A stretch of 64,000 nt of DNA, from NCBI GenBank assembly GCA_030704615.1, contig CM060732.1, forward strand, positions 48,980,001-49,044,000, given 5' to 3'. The stretch comes from Takakia lepidozioides (taxonomy: Eukaryota > Plantae > Bryophyta). Of this stretch, positions 11,841-25,970 are shown in pieces (positions within the stretch are counted from its first letter, which is position 1; each line of letters begins with the position of its first letter). Below the pieces are notes generated by a model. It was not told where the DNA came from. It did not search any database and was given only the letters and a program-made list of their open reading frames with translations. The position numbers and the translations under genes were made by a program.

Positions 11841-13517
11841 GTGACATTATAAGGCTCTATTACTAATTCTAATAGTGACACGGGTAGCACCTGTTGCAGT
11901 TTAAGGGTCATATCCCAGTGGCTCAGGGCACCTGCATCTGCATCCACCACAAGAACTCCTATGGTTGGCTGGTCATCAACCCAGTCTCACCATAGAAGAA
12001 ACACTGGTGGTCTTGCTGGTCATCACTCCAGCCTCACCACCGACAACATACTCTAGGATTGACCGGTGATCAAATCCGGCCTAATCCCTATGAAAGCAAG
12101 CGCCCACACAAAACCAACATGGCGCATAGTCAAGCATGCAAGTGTTGGGGGGGATCCAAACACAAGAAATCAAAACATCAACACCCACACCAAAATCCAT
12201 CTGCAATGCTGATCCTGCAGAATATCCCAACCCAAAACCCCAGACTGACTGGCCTCCACCAAGAGAGGCTTTGGCAACTACAAGTACAAATGAAAATAGT
12301 AAAGAGATGGAGGGGAAGAATAGAAGCCCGACCAAGCAAGATCTAATCCCGATCTATGCTATCAACTGCCAGACTTCTCTCAAAGTGCCTCGCTCTGCAT
12401 GATGGTAAGGTGTAGGCGGTATATCTATGTCCAGAAACCTGCCACTAACCTTGTCCCAAGCTACAGTAGCTCGCTCTAACAACCCTCCTCCTCTTTCTGC
12501 CAGGTAGAGACAAAGCAATACTCCCCTATCTCCCGCTCACTGAACACTAAAGAAAACAAAGGTAGGGTCTGATAGTCTCTCAACTCGAAAGCTTTGAGAC
12601 GGTTGCGGGTGTCCTCATTGCGAATGACTGCATGTCCTTCAAGCAAAACAAACTTGTCATTGCTAATGAACCCCCGTTCGTGATTGCCTTGTGCAGAGCG
12701 TGTCCGGCTGCAACCATGTCTGATTGCACAAACTTGTGTAGCCCTTGCTCCTCTGCTTCAGTACACCACGGCCTTGTGGCTGAACACCTTGGTCCCCGGG
12801 GCTGTCTTTGGCTGTGTTCCAAGCCTAGCTTTACCCACTTTGGTATGTCACCTACAGCTGCAGAACTGCTGGCTCCAACAGAGTTCTGACTGTCCAATGC
12901 AATATTTAGGCTCTCAACGCCAACTACAGCAGTTTGTTGTCTACTGCTAATGCCTGACTCCCAATATGCAATCAACTCGTTAGGCCTCATTCATCAACCT
13001 CTGTGCACCATATACATCTTGGTCTGCCTTATAGCACCAGCCGCAATGACTATATTTTATTTTTGTGCACTGCTGACCACCACCGAAACGTGCAATTGAA
13101 AACAGACCGTGACATATGTTGTCATTTTCGCTGGCCGTGGTGGCCGCTCAAGGAGTGATCTTAGTCAACATGGTTGAACCGCAGCAAGTTCATCTATCTA
13201 TGTTGCGGTTCAGTGAAGATCTAAACATCTGCAGATCTGAAGTTCTGCTTCATCTCTCCGTTTCTTTTCTTTGTCTTCTTTGCTACCACGTCTCCACTAG
13301 ATGATGAACTCACATCCACCACCTTTGCATCCTGTCAAGCCACAATGGCGGCTCTAGCAGTGACTTCAGCAGCGGCTGTAGCAGTGGTAGCTCTGGCGGT
13401 CACATCATCCAGCATCAGGGAAAAGAATGGGTAGTTGAGGATGTCGGCTCTCCAGGGCCAGAAAATGCAGATTGTGTGCAATGGAGCCCGCGTTTCAATG
13501 ACCACGTCCAGGCCGCA

Positions 13518-13744
13518 CCCATGGCATCATCAGACTCCTCCTTGGCTTCCTCCTTTTCTCCGGCAGGTGCAGCAACAGCACCTCCACCTCCACCAGCGGA
13601 AGCCACCACAACACCGCCGCCGCTGCCTCCGCCTGATGGCACAGATGCAAACTTTTCCCTGCCGGAAGCAATCACCTCCGTAATATCTTTACCATCCAAC
13701 TCCTTCAGCAAGAAGGATATTCTTTCGTCATCGGCTTCCGCACC
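13518..13744 (-). pseudogene. RPP2: 60S acidic ribosomal protein P2 fragment (intronless, N-terminally truncated)
   Basis: [40 protein letters not shown]...[14 protein letters not shown]. The N-terminus and the terminal FSLFD-type tail are absent. Confidence 0.85.
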
Positions 13745-14449
13745 GGCGGTGGCGCGTAATGCACAAGTTGGCAGTGACCAGTATGCTCCGGGCATATACG
13801 TTCAACCTAGGCACTGGAAGGCGCCGCCATTGTCACACCGTCAGCCTTATGATGGCAACCACGATGACAACGCTGATAGACAGTAGAAGGCTTCACCGCG
13901 CTTTCCAACCATCGCTCCAGTGGCCAAACTTACATCTTTTTAAGTAAAAATTACCTGAACATAGATAATCACTTCTCTCACTTTCAAAACAAAAACCACA
14001 AGTGCTAAAACTAAACTCACCTCTGGCACTCACAGAAACAAGCTCATCTCTCTCGAGTGATAGGAAAGCTAAAGGACACACACTCTTAACACAAGAAACA
14101 TGAAATCCATCGCTATCACTCTTTAAGATAATAGTCGAGCCAGGGGCACCCCAAGCTATGGGGACTCCACCCCACAACAACCTATACCCCTACATAAGCA
14201 CACTCAGATTCTAAAGCATGAAAGAGCTCGGTCGCGCAGGCTCAACTCGAGAGAGATGAGCTGCGCGACTGACGCTCTCGTGAAGATAAGATGGTTCAGG
14301 TGTCAAGCTCAAACTTGACACTTGACTTAACACTTGAACTAAATCCAAGTGTTAAATACAAATAACTAGTTTTATTCTAGTTAGTTTCACACTGTGTTTA
14401 TTTAACTTGACAGCCGCTTCCACCAGTCCGCCAGTAACCACTAACCACC

Positions 14450-16260
14450 ATGTAACCCTCTGCAACCCTCTGCAACCCATGACCCTCTATAACCCTCACC
14501 ACCATGTAACCCTCTGTAACACCGCAGAGTGTCACCCCCACCCCTATGTAACCCTCAACCCATGTAACCCTCTGTGACCCTCTGTAACCTATGTAACCCT
14601 CTGTAACACTGCAGAGTGTCACCCTCACCCCCATGTAACCCTCACTCCATGTAACCCTCTGTGACCCTCTATAACCCTCACCACCATGTAACCCTCTGTA
14701 ACCCATGTAACCGTCTGTAGCACATTCCACATAACTGTGGAGAAGACCAAAGCGGGTGTGAAATATACTACGGCCTACGTTGTAGGACATTCCACATAAA
14801 TGTGGAGGATACCACAGTTCACCGTAGGTTGCTTGTGGTCAGTATCACGATCTAAAGACACCTAAACACAATTCCAAAGCATCATGGCAACAACCTGCTC
14901 ATGACATGAAGAACTGACTAAGCATGGCTAGAACAACAGATAGAATGAGCAGATGCAACGACAATTCAAAATTACATAAGTGCTTCATTGCCCAAATACA
15001 CTTCAGTTTGACATCAAAGAGTCTAAGTTTGAGTTTGAGTTTGAGATCAAAGATCTGAGTCTGAGGCAGAGGCAGAGGCCAGGCTGCGCAATGCAGCCCA
15101 GCACGGAGGTTCAGCCTAAAGCTCCAAAAAACGACATTTGTTTGTTTTCCAAGAGAGTGTCACCCTCACTCCATGTAACCCTCTGTAACCCGTTGAAACC
15201 AATGTAACCCTCTGTGACCCTCTGTAACCCTCACCACCATGTAACCCTTTGTAACCCATGTAACCGTCTGTAGCACCGCAGAGTATCACCCTCACCCCTA
15301 TGTAATCCTCACTCCATGTAACCCTCTGTAACCCGTTGTAACCCGTTGTAACCCATGTAACCCTCTGTGACCCTCTGTAACCCTCACCACCTTGTAACCC
15401 TCTGTAACACCGCAGAGTGTCCCCCTCACTCCATGTAACCCTCCGTGATCCTCTGTAACCCATGTAACCCTCTATGACCCTCTGTAACCCTCACCAGGTG
15501 TAAGCCTCACCACCATGTAACCCTCTGTAACCCGTGTATCCCTCTGTAATACCGCAGAGTATCACCCTCACCCCCATGTAACCCTCACTCCATGTAACCC
15601 TCTGTGACCCTCTGTAACCCTCACCAGGTGTAAGCCTCACCACCATGTAACCCTCTGTAACTCGTGTATCCCTCTGTAACACTGCAGAGTGTCACCCTCA
15701 CCCCTATGTAACCCTCACTCCATGTAACCCTCTGTAACCATTTGTAACCCATGTAACCCTCTGTGACCCTCTGTGACCCTCTGTAACCCATGTAACACTC
15801 TGTGACCCTCTGTAACCCTCTGTAACACCGCAGAGTGTCATCCTCACCCCCATGTAACCCTCACTCCATGTAACCCTCTGTGACCCTCTGTAACCCATGT
15901 AACCCCATGACCTCTGTAACCCTTTGTAACCTATGTAACCCTCTGTTACTCCGCGGGGTGTAACCCTCACTCCATGTTATCCCGCATCATGTAACCCTCC
16001 CATTATGTGATCCCATGTAATCCCCACCATATGTAACCCGCATCGTGTAACCCCAATGCAAGCTTGTATCATGTTATTCCATGTACCCCTCTCCGTGTAA
16101 CTCCAGTTTCTCGTGTAACCCCATCATCCCTGTAACCCTCTGCACGTCAGCCCTTGTAACTCCGCCTTGTGTAACCCTCATTGTGTAACTCTCACATTGT
16201 AACCCCGATACTGTGTCAATCCCCTCCATGTAACCCCTGATCGTGTCATTCCTAGCTCGT
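14450..16260 (+). repeat. Left subterminal TGTAACCC(TC) repeat array of element C, interrupted by unrelated sequence at ~14724-15153
   Basis: Dense CATGTAACCCTCTGTAACCC / TGTCACCC motifs. Confidence 0.95.
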
Positions 16261-16528
16261 GTCACCCCATCCTTTATCCCCAACGCATGTCACCCCTGTT
16301 CGTGTAGCCCCTTGGTGCCTAGCAAAAATTGGCGGGCTCCGAGAGGTGTCAGATATTTTGAATTCAAACCTGGGTTACACGATTCGGTGACATCAAAACC
16401 CACGTGTAACTCCATCATCGCGCGTCATTCTCACCAGGTGTGCAGACGTCGTGCGGTCCCGAGGGCTCCGCTGCGTTGCCTGTGTGTATTCTGTGATTTG
16501 TACTGTACTAGTGGTACTGTTGCCGGTA

Positions 16529-19211
16529 ATGGCGTGTGCTGCCGCGAAGGTGCTAGACGAGGAATGCAAAGCAGCATTGGAATCAAATGGTTTGAAAGAC
16601 GAGGCGGGAGAACTCTATCATTTGCAGCATTTGGTATCTCATTTGAAATGCATCCTACAGCTGCCCATAGACAGGCTTTTCAATCACACAAACCTCCATT
16701 GGATACGCCAGGTTTCCCAGGGAAAAGGGAAACGGATATCCATCGAAGTAGCTGTTGTTCCATGGTCTCGCATTCCTGATTTTCTGGAGGGAGAAAGGAG
16801 TAGAGTGGATGGGAAGACCCAATTTTATGTTCAAGATTGAAGGTACCGTGAGTTGCCAGATCTGACGACACCGCGTGCAAACAGTTATTGTCAGTGGCAT
16901 AAGTACGTCACTTACGAGGGTTGTATAACATTCCCAGCCCCACTTCTTTCTGCTGGCCTAGCAAAGTCGTATATGGCGATAACCCTCCTCGCTTTGTATG
17001 CTTTCTTTGCAGGTACCACTGCTGCTACGGCCCGGTAGATAGGCGCACGGACCCGCCGATTGTGAAGAACAAAGAAAAACCGATAGCAGTATCTGATAAT
17101 CAAAAACCAGTCAAGCGAATCAGACGTAAGGCAACGGATTTTGGAGAGTCATACAAACGTGGATGTACGTGTAGCTTCAAAGTTGGCCAGTGTTTTCTAG
17201 ATCCAGAGTTGGCAATCATCACATACTTCCAGAAACAGCATGTGGATGCAAAAGGAAACCCATGTCATGGTTCAACTGACCCCTCTTCCCATTTTGACTT
17301 CTTCAGAGCAAACCAGATTGGAGGCCAAATGCTTTTGTTGTCAACGATGCAGACGCAGAAATCAATGCTATCAGGTACACGGCTAGAAGTTACAATGTTC
17401 TGAGTCACACAGTAATTTACACTACAAGTTGCATGCATGAGGGGTTTCATGGATCGGGCTACACCGCTGCTAGTTACACTGAGAATCACAGTAAGAGTTA
17501 AATTGCCAGTTACATGAGGGGTTACATGGATTGGGTTGCAGTGTTGTCTGTTACACTGAGGGTTACACTATCAGTTAGGCAGATGGTTACACTGCCTTGA
17601 GTTGGACGGAGGGTTACACTGTTGTGAGTCCGACAGAGGGTGAACATTGACGTCAGGGATCTTCCTCGCAATCCAAACAGCATTGCTGATAAATTCCTCC
17701 TGTCGTACATTCCTTTTGAAGCCTTATGATTTCAAGTTATCTCTATACCAATAGTGGGTTAGAACAGGACCCACGAGTTCGCTGATCAGCCAATCAATTC
17801 TCCTGCCATCAAGCCTTTGCTTTCCCGAGCGTAAACGAGCCTTCAAATTTCCGTGCCAAGATTCAATTGCGGCATTAGTATCCTGACTTGCATGGGGAAT
17901 ATTTCGAGCCACCGTGATCCACATGCTTAGTTTTGGGACCCATTCCATTCTGATGTAATGTAGGAAGTCACGCGCAAGCGGATAGGAATAATGCAAATCT
18001 TCCAGTCGCTCCAGCGCCCACTCTTCTGGGGTGACTCCCACACAGGCGTTAATGCCGTACATTACGTCGCCAAGCTGTTTCAAAACAGCATTGCGAGTGT
18101 ATGGATCGGGCATCTTACGCCACGAATGTTTCAGCCAAGCGCGGCGAACATGCCAAAGGCATAGAAATATCGCTACGTCCCCAAACGATTCCCTGCACGC
18201 ACACACATCAAATGCCACCCAATCCATCAGTGTAACTCCTTGCAGTGTAACTCTTAGCAGTGTAACTCTTGTCAGTGTAACTCCTTGTCAGTGTAACTCC
18301 TTGCAGTGTAACTCTTAGCAGTGTAACTTTTATTAGTGTAACTCTTCGCAGTGTTACTCTTAGTAGTGTGGCTCTTTGAAGTGTGACTCTTCGTAGTGTG
18401 ACTCTTAGTAGTGTGACTCATGTAACCCCCTCGTGCATCTGGTCATGTAACTATCAGTGAAACTCACAGCAGTGTAACCCAACGCATATAACCCCTCGCA
18501 GCGTTGTAACGCAATCCATGTTACACCGTGTAACTCTCAGAGTGACCCAACCCATATAACCCTCTGCGATGCTCCCAGTGTAACTCACAGGCTATAGCAG
18601 TGTAACCTAATCCATGCAAGACTGCAGATGACACGCCGTGTAACTCCCAGTGTAGTGTTCAAACGGCCGGTCGAAGCTACACAATCTATGCACTTGCAAC
18701 CACCTGGGCTTGTTGCGATTGTCCATGGGCTTTGAAGGGTAACTTGTGCAAACATCAAATCCGCGTTCTTCAATTGATGAAGCCAAATCTGAAGGAAGGG
18801 CTTATTGTGAAGCTCTGTGGCACAAAGCTCGGGACCATTCATGGAGGTCTTGACATGTTGATGAAATCGGAACTTCCAGATATTGATGTAGAGGAGGAAG
18901 TTGTGAATCTAGCAGAGCCTACGGAGTGCTCAGCATCATCCCAACGTGGTCGGCAGGAGCCGTTAGATGTTTCATCAATTGAATCTGAGATGAAGTCCCT
19001 GTCGCTTCTTGGCAATGAGAGTGAAACAATGCGCAAACATCTACTTGCCGAGCTTCGTTGTGTTCGTGGGAGGCTGTCCACTTTACAAGTCAGAATCGAC
19101 AAAGGTCTGTTGCACCGTCTTCAGGCAGTTCCATTCATAAAAAATGATGATGGAAACAACATGTCCCTTGCCAGGAAAATGGAATTTGTAGACCGGTTCC
19201 ATAGTAAGTGA
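16529..19211 (+). pseudogene. MULE-type transposase with SWIM finger, disrupted by a stop codon, an internal deletion and an inversion
   Basis: Plus strand: VPWSRIPDFLEGE, YHCCYGP, RGCTCSF...HVDAKGNPCHG, WRPNAFVVNDADAEINAIR and the SWIM motif CDCPWALKGNLCKH. The exon with FLCLWHVRRAW and TNAAIESWH lies on the minus strand at 17724-18197. Confidence 0.85.
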
Positions 19212-20334
19212 CCATTGAGTCCATTGGCAATGACACTTATTTTGTGATCACCAGGTTTAATATGAAGTACATGTTTGTTCATGGGTTGTTATTCACTTTG
19301 CCATTCCATCCACATTCAACCTATGTAACCCACTCAATGGGACACCCATGGGCCGGGGTGACACAACGCAGGGTTACACCGTCTGGGGTTTCATAATGTA
19401 ACATAGCTCTACTTAGTGTAACTCGCATCTGTGGTACTCCACGTGCAGTGTAACACAGACGAGTGTAACCCTCTTCAGTGTAACTCCAAGTGTAACTGCA
19501 ATGTAACTATCAACAGTGTAACCCAGTATGTAACCCCATAGAATATTGCTGTCAGTGAGTGGTGTAACTCTAAGAATTATAAGTCGATGACTACAGTGTG
19601 ACTACAGGGTCAGGGTTAGTCTGCCGGGGTTACATGACCCTTCAATACAGAGTGGGAAGACGCTGAAGTCGAGCACCTTTAGTCGCCAACACTAGCCCCT
19701 GTATGTGTAACTCCTCTATGTGCAACCCCTCTATGTGTAACCCACCCTGCATGTGTAACCTATATATGTGTAACCCCTCTATGTGTAAGCACTTTAGGTG
19801 TATCCCACCCTGTATGGGTAACCCCTCTATGTGTAACCTAATTTGTGTGTAACCCACCCTGTATATGTAACCCATGGACGTGTAATCCATGAGATAGATA
19901 ATCATTCCGTTCAACCTATGTTATGGACCAGTGTAGCCCTCCGGAGTGTAACTTGTTGTTGTGTAACCCCAAGAAGTATGTATCCCGACCACATGTAACC
20001 CCCACTGTTGTCACCCCATCGCATGTAACCCATTGTACAATTTGGGGTGCATGTTGTAAACCCCGATGCTCCATCACCCCATCTTATGTATCCCCACGAC
20101 ACGTAGCCCTTGTATAGGCAACCCTGCCCACTGTCACTGTGCACAGTGTAACTTAGAACTGTGTAACCCTGAGTGTAACCTAGAGTGTTGTAACTCCAAG
20201 AAGTATGTAGCCCGACTAGATGTTACCCCCACTATTGTGACCCCATCGTCTGTAACCCATTGTACATAGCCCTCATGTATGTAACCCCATGTAGTATAAC
20301 TCTGAGAACTTCAGTGCACAAAAACTTCAGTGCG

Positions 20335-20373
<39 letters not shown>

Positions 20374-20722
20374 AACAACAAGTGAGCATAGTCGAGGTGG
20401 GGTTACATGCCACGAAACTCTACTGTTTCAGCTACGTGACCCTGACATAGCCAGGAAGGCCCAACCATGTAACCCTAAGAGGCCCATTGCATGTAACCCA
20501 TAAGTGTAACCCCACGTTGTGAGACCCGGCACGGTGTAACCCATCACTTATGTGTGAACCCACAGAGTGTAAGCTTATTGCCCCAGGGCCCCAAGGTGTA
20601 CCCAAGTACTTGTCTATGACTCCACTTCATGTAACCCAATAAGGTGTAACCCCATGTAAGCCCATTGCATGAAACCCAAACTGTGAACACATAGAAGCAA
20701 AAAATGCATCAAGAGACGCTAT

Positions 20723-23700
20723 TTATTTCTTTGGCCATTTGACCAAGTCTTTGTCCATCTCGTCACACAACCAACTAATCATATGAGTACGGGAAGCTAT
20801 CATGGTTGACTCGTCGAACCAACTTGCAGTAAACGCCCGCCTATGACGGGTTCGATCTTCTGTGGTTTTCACATTGAACTTCCACTCCAAGTAAAATTGC
20901 ACAAAACAAAGTGCATAATAGCCGCACTCCCAACAGATCCGTTGCTGGGGGACACTGGCCTCAAACCATTCCATCCTCTCCATGATGTAACTAAAGTCAT
21001 CAGATCTAGGCATGCAATCAAAGAACGCTATGGCAAAATTTCGCAAAATTCCTTCAATGAGTTTGGGTCGGGCAATGGTTTTATGGGAGTCCAAATGTAC
21101 TATCCGACCTCGGCGCTCTAAAACAACAACACTCCAGTGATCACTGCAACACAAACAAAGCCGTAACGTCAGAATAGAAAAAAAACTCTCCAATGAAACC
21201 CATTGTGGTGTAACCCAGTAGTGTAACCCTTTGTACTGTAACTCTAAACGGTGTAACACAACTAGTCAGCAGTGCAAATCCAAACTAGTGCAACTCAGTG
21301 TAGAACAGAGGAGTGTAACCCAACATGATCAGTCAACACTCAAATTACTTACTCGAAGACAATAGGGATGACAACCACGTCCACAAGATCTTGATTCTTT
21401 GGGAACACCATCCCTTGGGCATCCTGAGTGTACCATTCTTGCACCAATCCGAATAGCGTCTGCAGATCGTTACCATTGGTACGCATGACATGCCACTGGA
21501 AAGGAGCACATATGACAAACTCAGGTGCGATAGCCTTAAACAATTTGGCCTCCAGAAGTTTGTTGTAACCCGAGAGCAATGCATCTGTGACAGTTGCTCT
21601 TATTTTATACATCGGCTCAAAATCTGTTTCTTCCAAGTAAAACTGTAATGGGGTAGAAGCCAGGAAGGCATCGCCATAATAAAACTTCACTTCGGGCGCC
21701 CCAGGAGGGTCCGACACCATTCTGAACTTCGTCAAGTACCGTTGTTTTAGTCTGCACAACAAACCGCACATTACGAACATTACGATGCATCATACAAGAG
21801 TTATAATCAATATTCGCAATCAGAGAGGATCAAAGTACAATGAGGTACCTCGAACGCTCCCGCAAGTGCTTGGCAAGGACCTCTTGCTGCTGGAACAACG
21901 TCAACCTCGGAGACCCCTGCACTTTTGCCTTTCGATTTGGTTCGCTGTTTTTTGGGTGCGACAAGAACAGGTACTTCTTTGTCAGCGCTAGGGGGTTCAG
22001 CCAACCACTTTCTTTGAGCAGGCGGCCGTTTTGACCTCCTGGGATTCTCTGCAACCCTGACAATGCCACCGGTAGGGAGAATTTTTCGGCTAGAGGTGAC
22101 AATGCCGCCGGTAGGGGGAGTTTCTGGGCCAGAGGCGCCTTGTTCTGAGTTTGCTGCAAGTGCTGAAGACTGCCCTCCCTCGTCTGAGACGTGCTGGGGA
22201 GGTGACTGACCAAGGCAGAAGTGTCATAGCTCACCTCCTCGGTGCTGCCCTGTCAGTGTCACCCTTCTGTTCAGACCCCTTGTCAGAGTCACGCTTCTCA
22301 GTGTGACCCTTATCTTCGGCTACCTCCTCAGTGTCACGCTTCTCAGTGTGACCCTTCTCTTCGGCTACCTTCTCAGTGTCACTATTCTCAGTGTCACCCT
22401 TCTCTTTGGCCGCCTTATCAGTGTCACTCTTTGCAGTGTCACCCTTCTCATCGGGTTCCTTCCTAGTGTTACCGTGTTGAGTAACATTCTTTTGTGTGTC
22501 ACCCTTGGCAGTGTCACTCTTCCCAGTGTCACGATGCTCCGCAACATCTTCTCTCTTCTGCGTGACTCTCCCAGTGAAACGCTTCTCAGTGTGACCCTGC
22601 TCTGTGTCACCCTTCCAACTGACAACCTCCTCGGTGACACCCTTCCCCGTGTCCACCCATGTCGATGTCACTCTTCTTTGCATCAACCTCCTCAATGCCA
22701 TCCTTGACTGTGTCGCCCTTCTCTCGCACTGTCACCCCCAAGACCATGTTGACTAGCGGAAGAGCATCATCCGTCGCGACTAGTGGCCGTGGCAAAGGAG
22801 TGTCACCCTCCACGACTAATGGTAGTGGAGTGTCATCCATGGCAGTGTTACACTCACGGACATCTGCCATGTGGGTTGGCTGTGGGGTGTCACCCCTACC
22901 AGTGTAACCCATGTCAATGTCACTCTCAACGGAAGTTACAGTGTTCACGGGCAACGGTGTGTCACCCACGACAATGTCCTCACGGCAGTGTCAGCCACAC
23001 CGGTATCCGCAGTTCACCCACCCTGAGGTGGCAGTGTAACCCTCCTTCCCTGTTGCTCATCTCTGCGCAGTGTCACCCTCAGGTGCAGTTTAACCCTCGG
23101 TTTCAGGGCCTCCTCCCCTTGCAATGTCACCCTCCGCATCAATGTGACCCACGAAGGCTCGGTGACTGTCTGTCTGCTCAATCCCCCGGACAATGTCACC
23201 CTCAATACTTAGATCTTCGGTCTGCATCATTCGAACAATGTCATTTTGAGAGAGGTTGACCACATGATCCTCACAAAATACTTACATTGTTGCATGGAGG
23301 GTTCAACCCAACATCTCCAGATTCAAAGTCATATACAGACTCTGGGTCAAGTGGGTCCCCCGGTTCTCGATTAAGACCTCCAAAAGATGACTGGGGCTGC
23401 GGACACAAGAGGTTCGCAATTGGGTGTTCCACCTTGATGTATCATCTTCAGTATCAGTATCAGAATTCACGAGCAAATCCCACGTCAAGTCTGCTAGGTT
23501 CACCCCTAAGTGCAGCTGGGTTGAGTACAATTCACCAACCTGCGACAAAGATACAACGACAGATTGACTTGGAATGATGTCCTCATCATGTACATCGTCG
23601 CTTTGCGGGGCGGAAATTGAATGAAGACGAGGTTTAACCATCTCCTCATCCTGTAACACAGAGGGGCCATCATTCGTCTGCGCGCCCCCTGTATCGCATT

Positions 23701-25970
23701 GTAGAGGGGCCCCATACACAACTTCGTGAAGCTCACGTTGAGCCTCAAAAAGGTTTTTGAATGCATTGGCGACTTGATTGGTCATGAGCTCGGACTCATC
23801 TGCATCGGGGAAAAGACAAAGGTTTTTAGTCGTGGAACGAGGTTTTTGAAAGTGCAAGGGTTACACTATGTAAGGGTTACACAGACTAGGACAAGACAGT
23901 GGTTCGGATTACACGATGTGGGTTACCCACCCTGTTAGAGACAGTAGTTTGCATGGGTTACACTACCTGGGTTACACCAGTGAGATTACACAACGAGAGG
24001 GTAACAAATCTAGGGTAACACAACGAGGGGTAACATTAGGGGTACACTGATTACATGGTTACATACTTCGAGGGTTACACTGATTACAGGGTTACACACA
24101 GCGAGGGTTACACTGAGTACAGGGTTCCACATAGCAAGGGTTACACTGATTACAGGATTACACACAAATGGGTTACATGACGAGAGGGGTGACAGTGGAT
24201 GGAGTAACACTTACAGAGATACCAAGGCACTACAGACCCAGGTCTCTCATATACTAGATGCCCAAACGCGCATTGAAGTCCATTTCTGTTGGTGATTCAC
24301 TGAAGAGGGCACAACACCAAAGCTGGATAAACGATTCTTTTTGATGGATCGCAAAGTGATGGGCGGCGCGACGACGGCTTGCCTTGCAAAACTGTATAGC
24401 TCCGTTAATCTTAACTGACCTGTCACCCACTCTTCTGTACTCAAACTCGATCTTAAGTCCTCGAGCTCAGAATCAAAGGTCGCAATTCCGTCACCAGGTT
24501 GTGCAAAGTACATCAGACTAAAGCCGTAATAATCATCGACCAGGTCCTTCACCTTTGAGGCCGTAAGAGCACTTTCCATAAGGTCAGTTGTGAACCCCAA
24601 CCTGGGATGCGTTTGGGAAACTGACCTGCCATGATTTCTTACATCGTTGTGGGCCATAATTCTCAAAAGGAGTGGTGGCGGTCCAATGTGCGGTTTGGTG
24701 AGATTCTCCATTTGACTAATCAATCCTTCCGCAAAACCGCGAAGGAATTCCAACGGATCTGGAACAACTAAACCTTTGATTCCATCTACAGTAATAGTGA
24801 TGACAAGAGGATTTGAAGTTCTGGCATCGTCAAGGTCGGTATTACCAACAGCTGGTTCGTCCATCGTGTCATCATCATGTGAGGCTTGACTCTCTCAATG
24901 GACTCGTGTAAGTCTCCCACCTTTTTTCTTTTTCTGCTTTGGTATGTCAGAATGCCCAATGCTCTCCAAATACTCCTTCACCCGATTCAATTCTTCTATC
25001 ATAACGACCATGATCCGGCTGGGCTGTAAATGCCTTGTGGGCAGCAACAACACTGCCCATATCATCGCTTCTAAGATGATGTCGAGCTCCTGGCGCAATA
25101 CAGCGTGAAGGTGTACAACACGAGAGAAAAGGGTTACAACACGAGGGGTTACACATGAAAAATGGGTTACAAGGAAGGTGGGCTCACGGGGTTACATAGA
25201 GTGGGTTACACACCATAGGGATTTTTTAAAAGGGGTCCTCTGTGGGTGGGTTACACTCTGGGTTACACGCCACAGGAGCGACAAGGGGGGTAGCACAAAG
25301 GGTTACACGGATAGACAAGAGCCCGAAATTTGAAAAACAGAGAAATGGCAGGGAATCTAACTTGATTGTCCGTCGATAGAACCCAACTTGATTTTGCAGC
25401 TGTCGCATGGACTGCGCCCTCGCCTCGCGCAACAAATTCTTGGAATGCCGGCCAAAACCCCTTCTCATTGACATTCGGAAATGGGAACTGAGGAATAAGG
25501 CCATGCGGCAGCAGAAGGATTGAGCCTGGAGTTCGCTTTCGCAAGATGAACCTTGAGCTCCGGTTTCCCCGGTTTCCAATGTTGATTTTCTTTGCAATAG
25601 GGACAGGTAGAGGCGGCTCAATCGCCGCTTGTCTCTCTCGTTAGGAACCTGCCGAACAGAAGGACTAGGGACAGAAATAGTAGGAGCACCAGAAGATGGA
25701 ACCTCTGTAGCAGAAGTAGCCGAAGAAGATACAACAATAGGCACTTCAATAGGATATGCAATCTTACCCAAAGCCACCCTATTTTACAGAATCCATGCAT
25801 GATATGCATCAACATAAGAAGCTGGAACAAAATTCACCACATTTTCAACAGCCATGGCATGCTTGAGCTCCGCATCAGGAAACGGTTTTGTTCATTTCGG
25901 TCTGGCCATACATTCGGCCGTTCCATCGACAATATGCCGATTCAATCTGCTCTTATCTACCTTTACTTCC
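20723..25970 (-). CDS. Multi-exon gene ending in a Ulp1-like (peptidase C48) cysteine protease domain; probably decayed, 5' exons uncertain
   Basis: VDVVVIPIVFE|DHWSVVVL...HLDS...VPQQRICWECGYY gives the H-D-Q-C catalytic arrangement (20723-21780). Upstream low-complexity ORFs are on the same strand. Ulp1-like cargo is established in plant MULEs. Confidence 0.7.

Noticed and set aside
11850-12520. Possible leader and LTR of the minus-strand gag element
   Set aside because: No partner LTR, clear TG...CA boundary or convincing PBS could be identified in the window.
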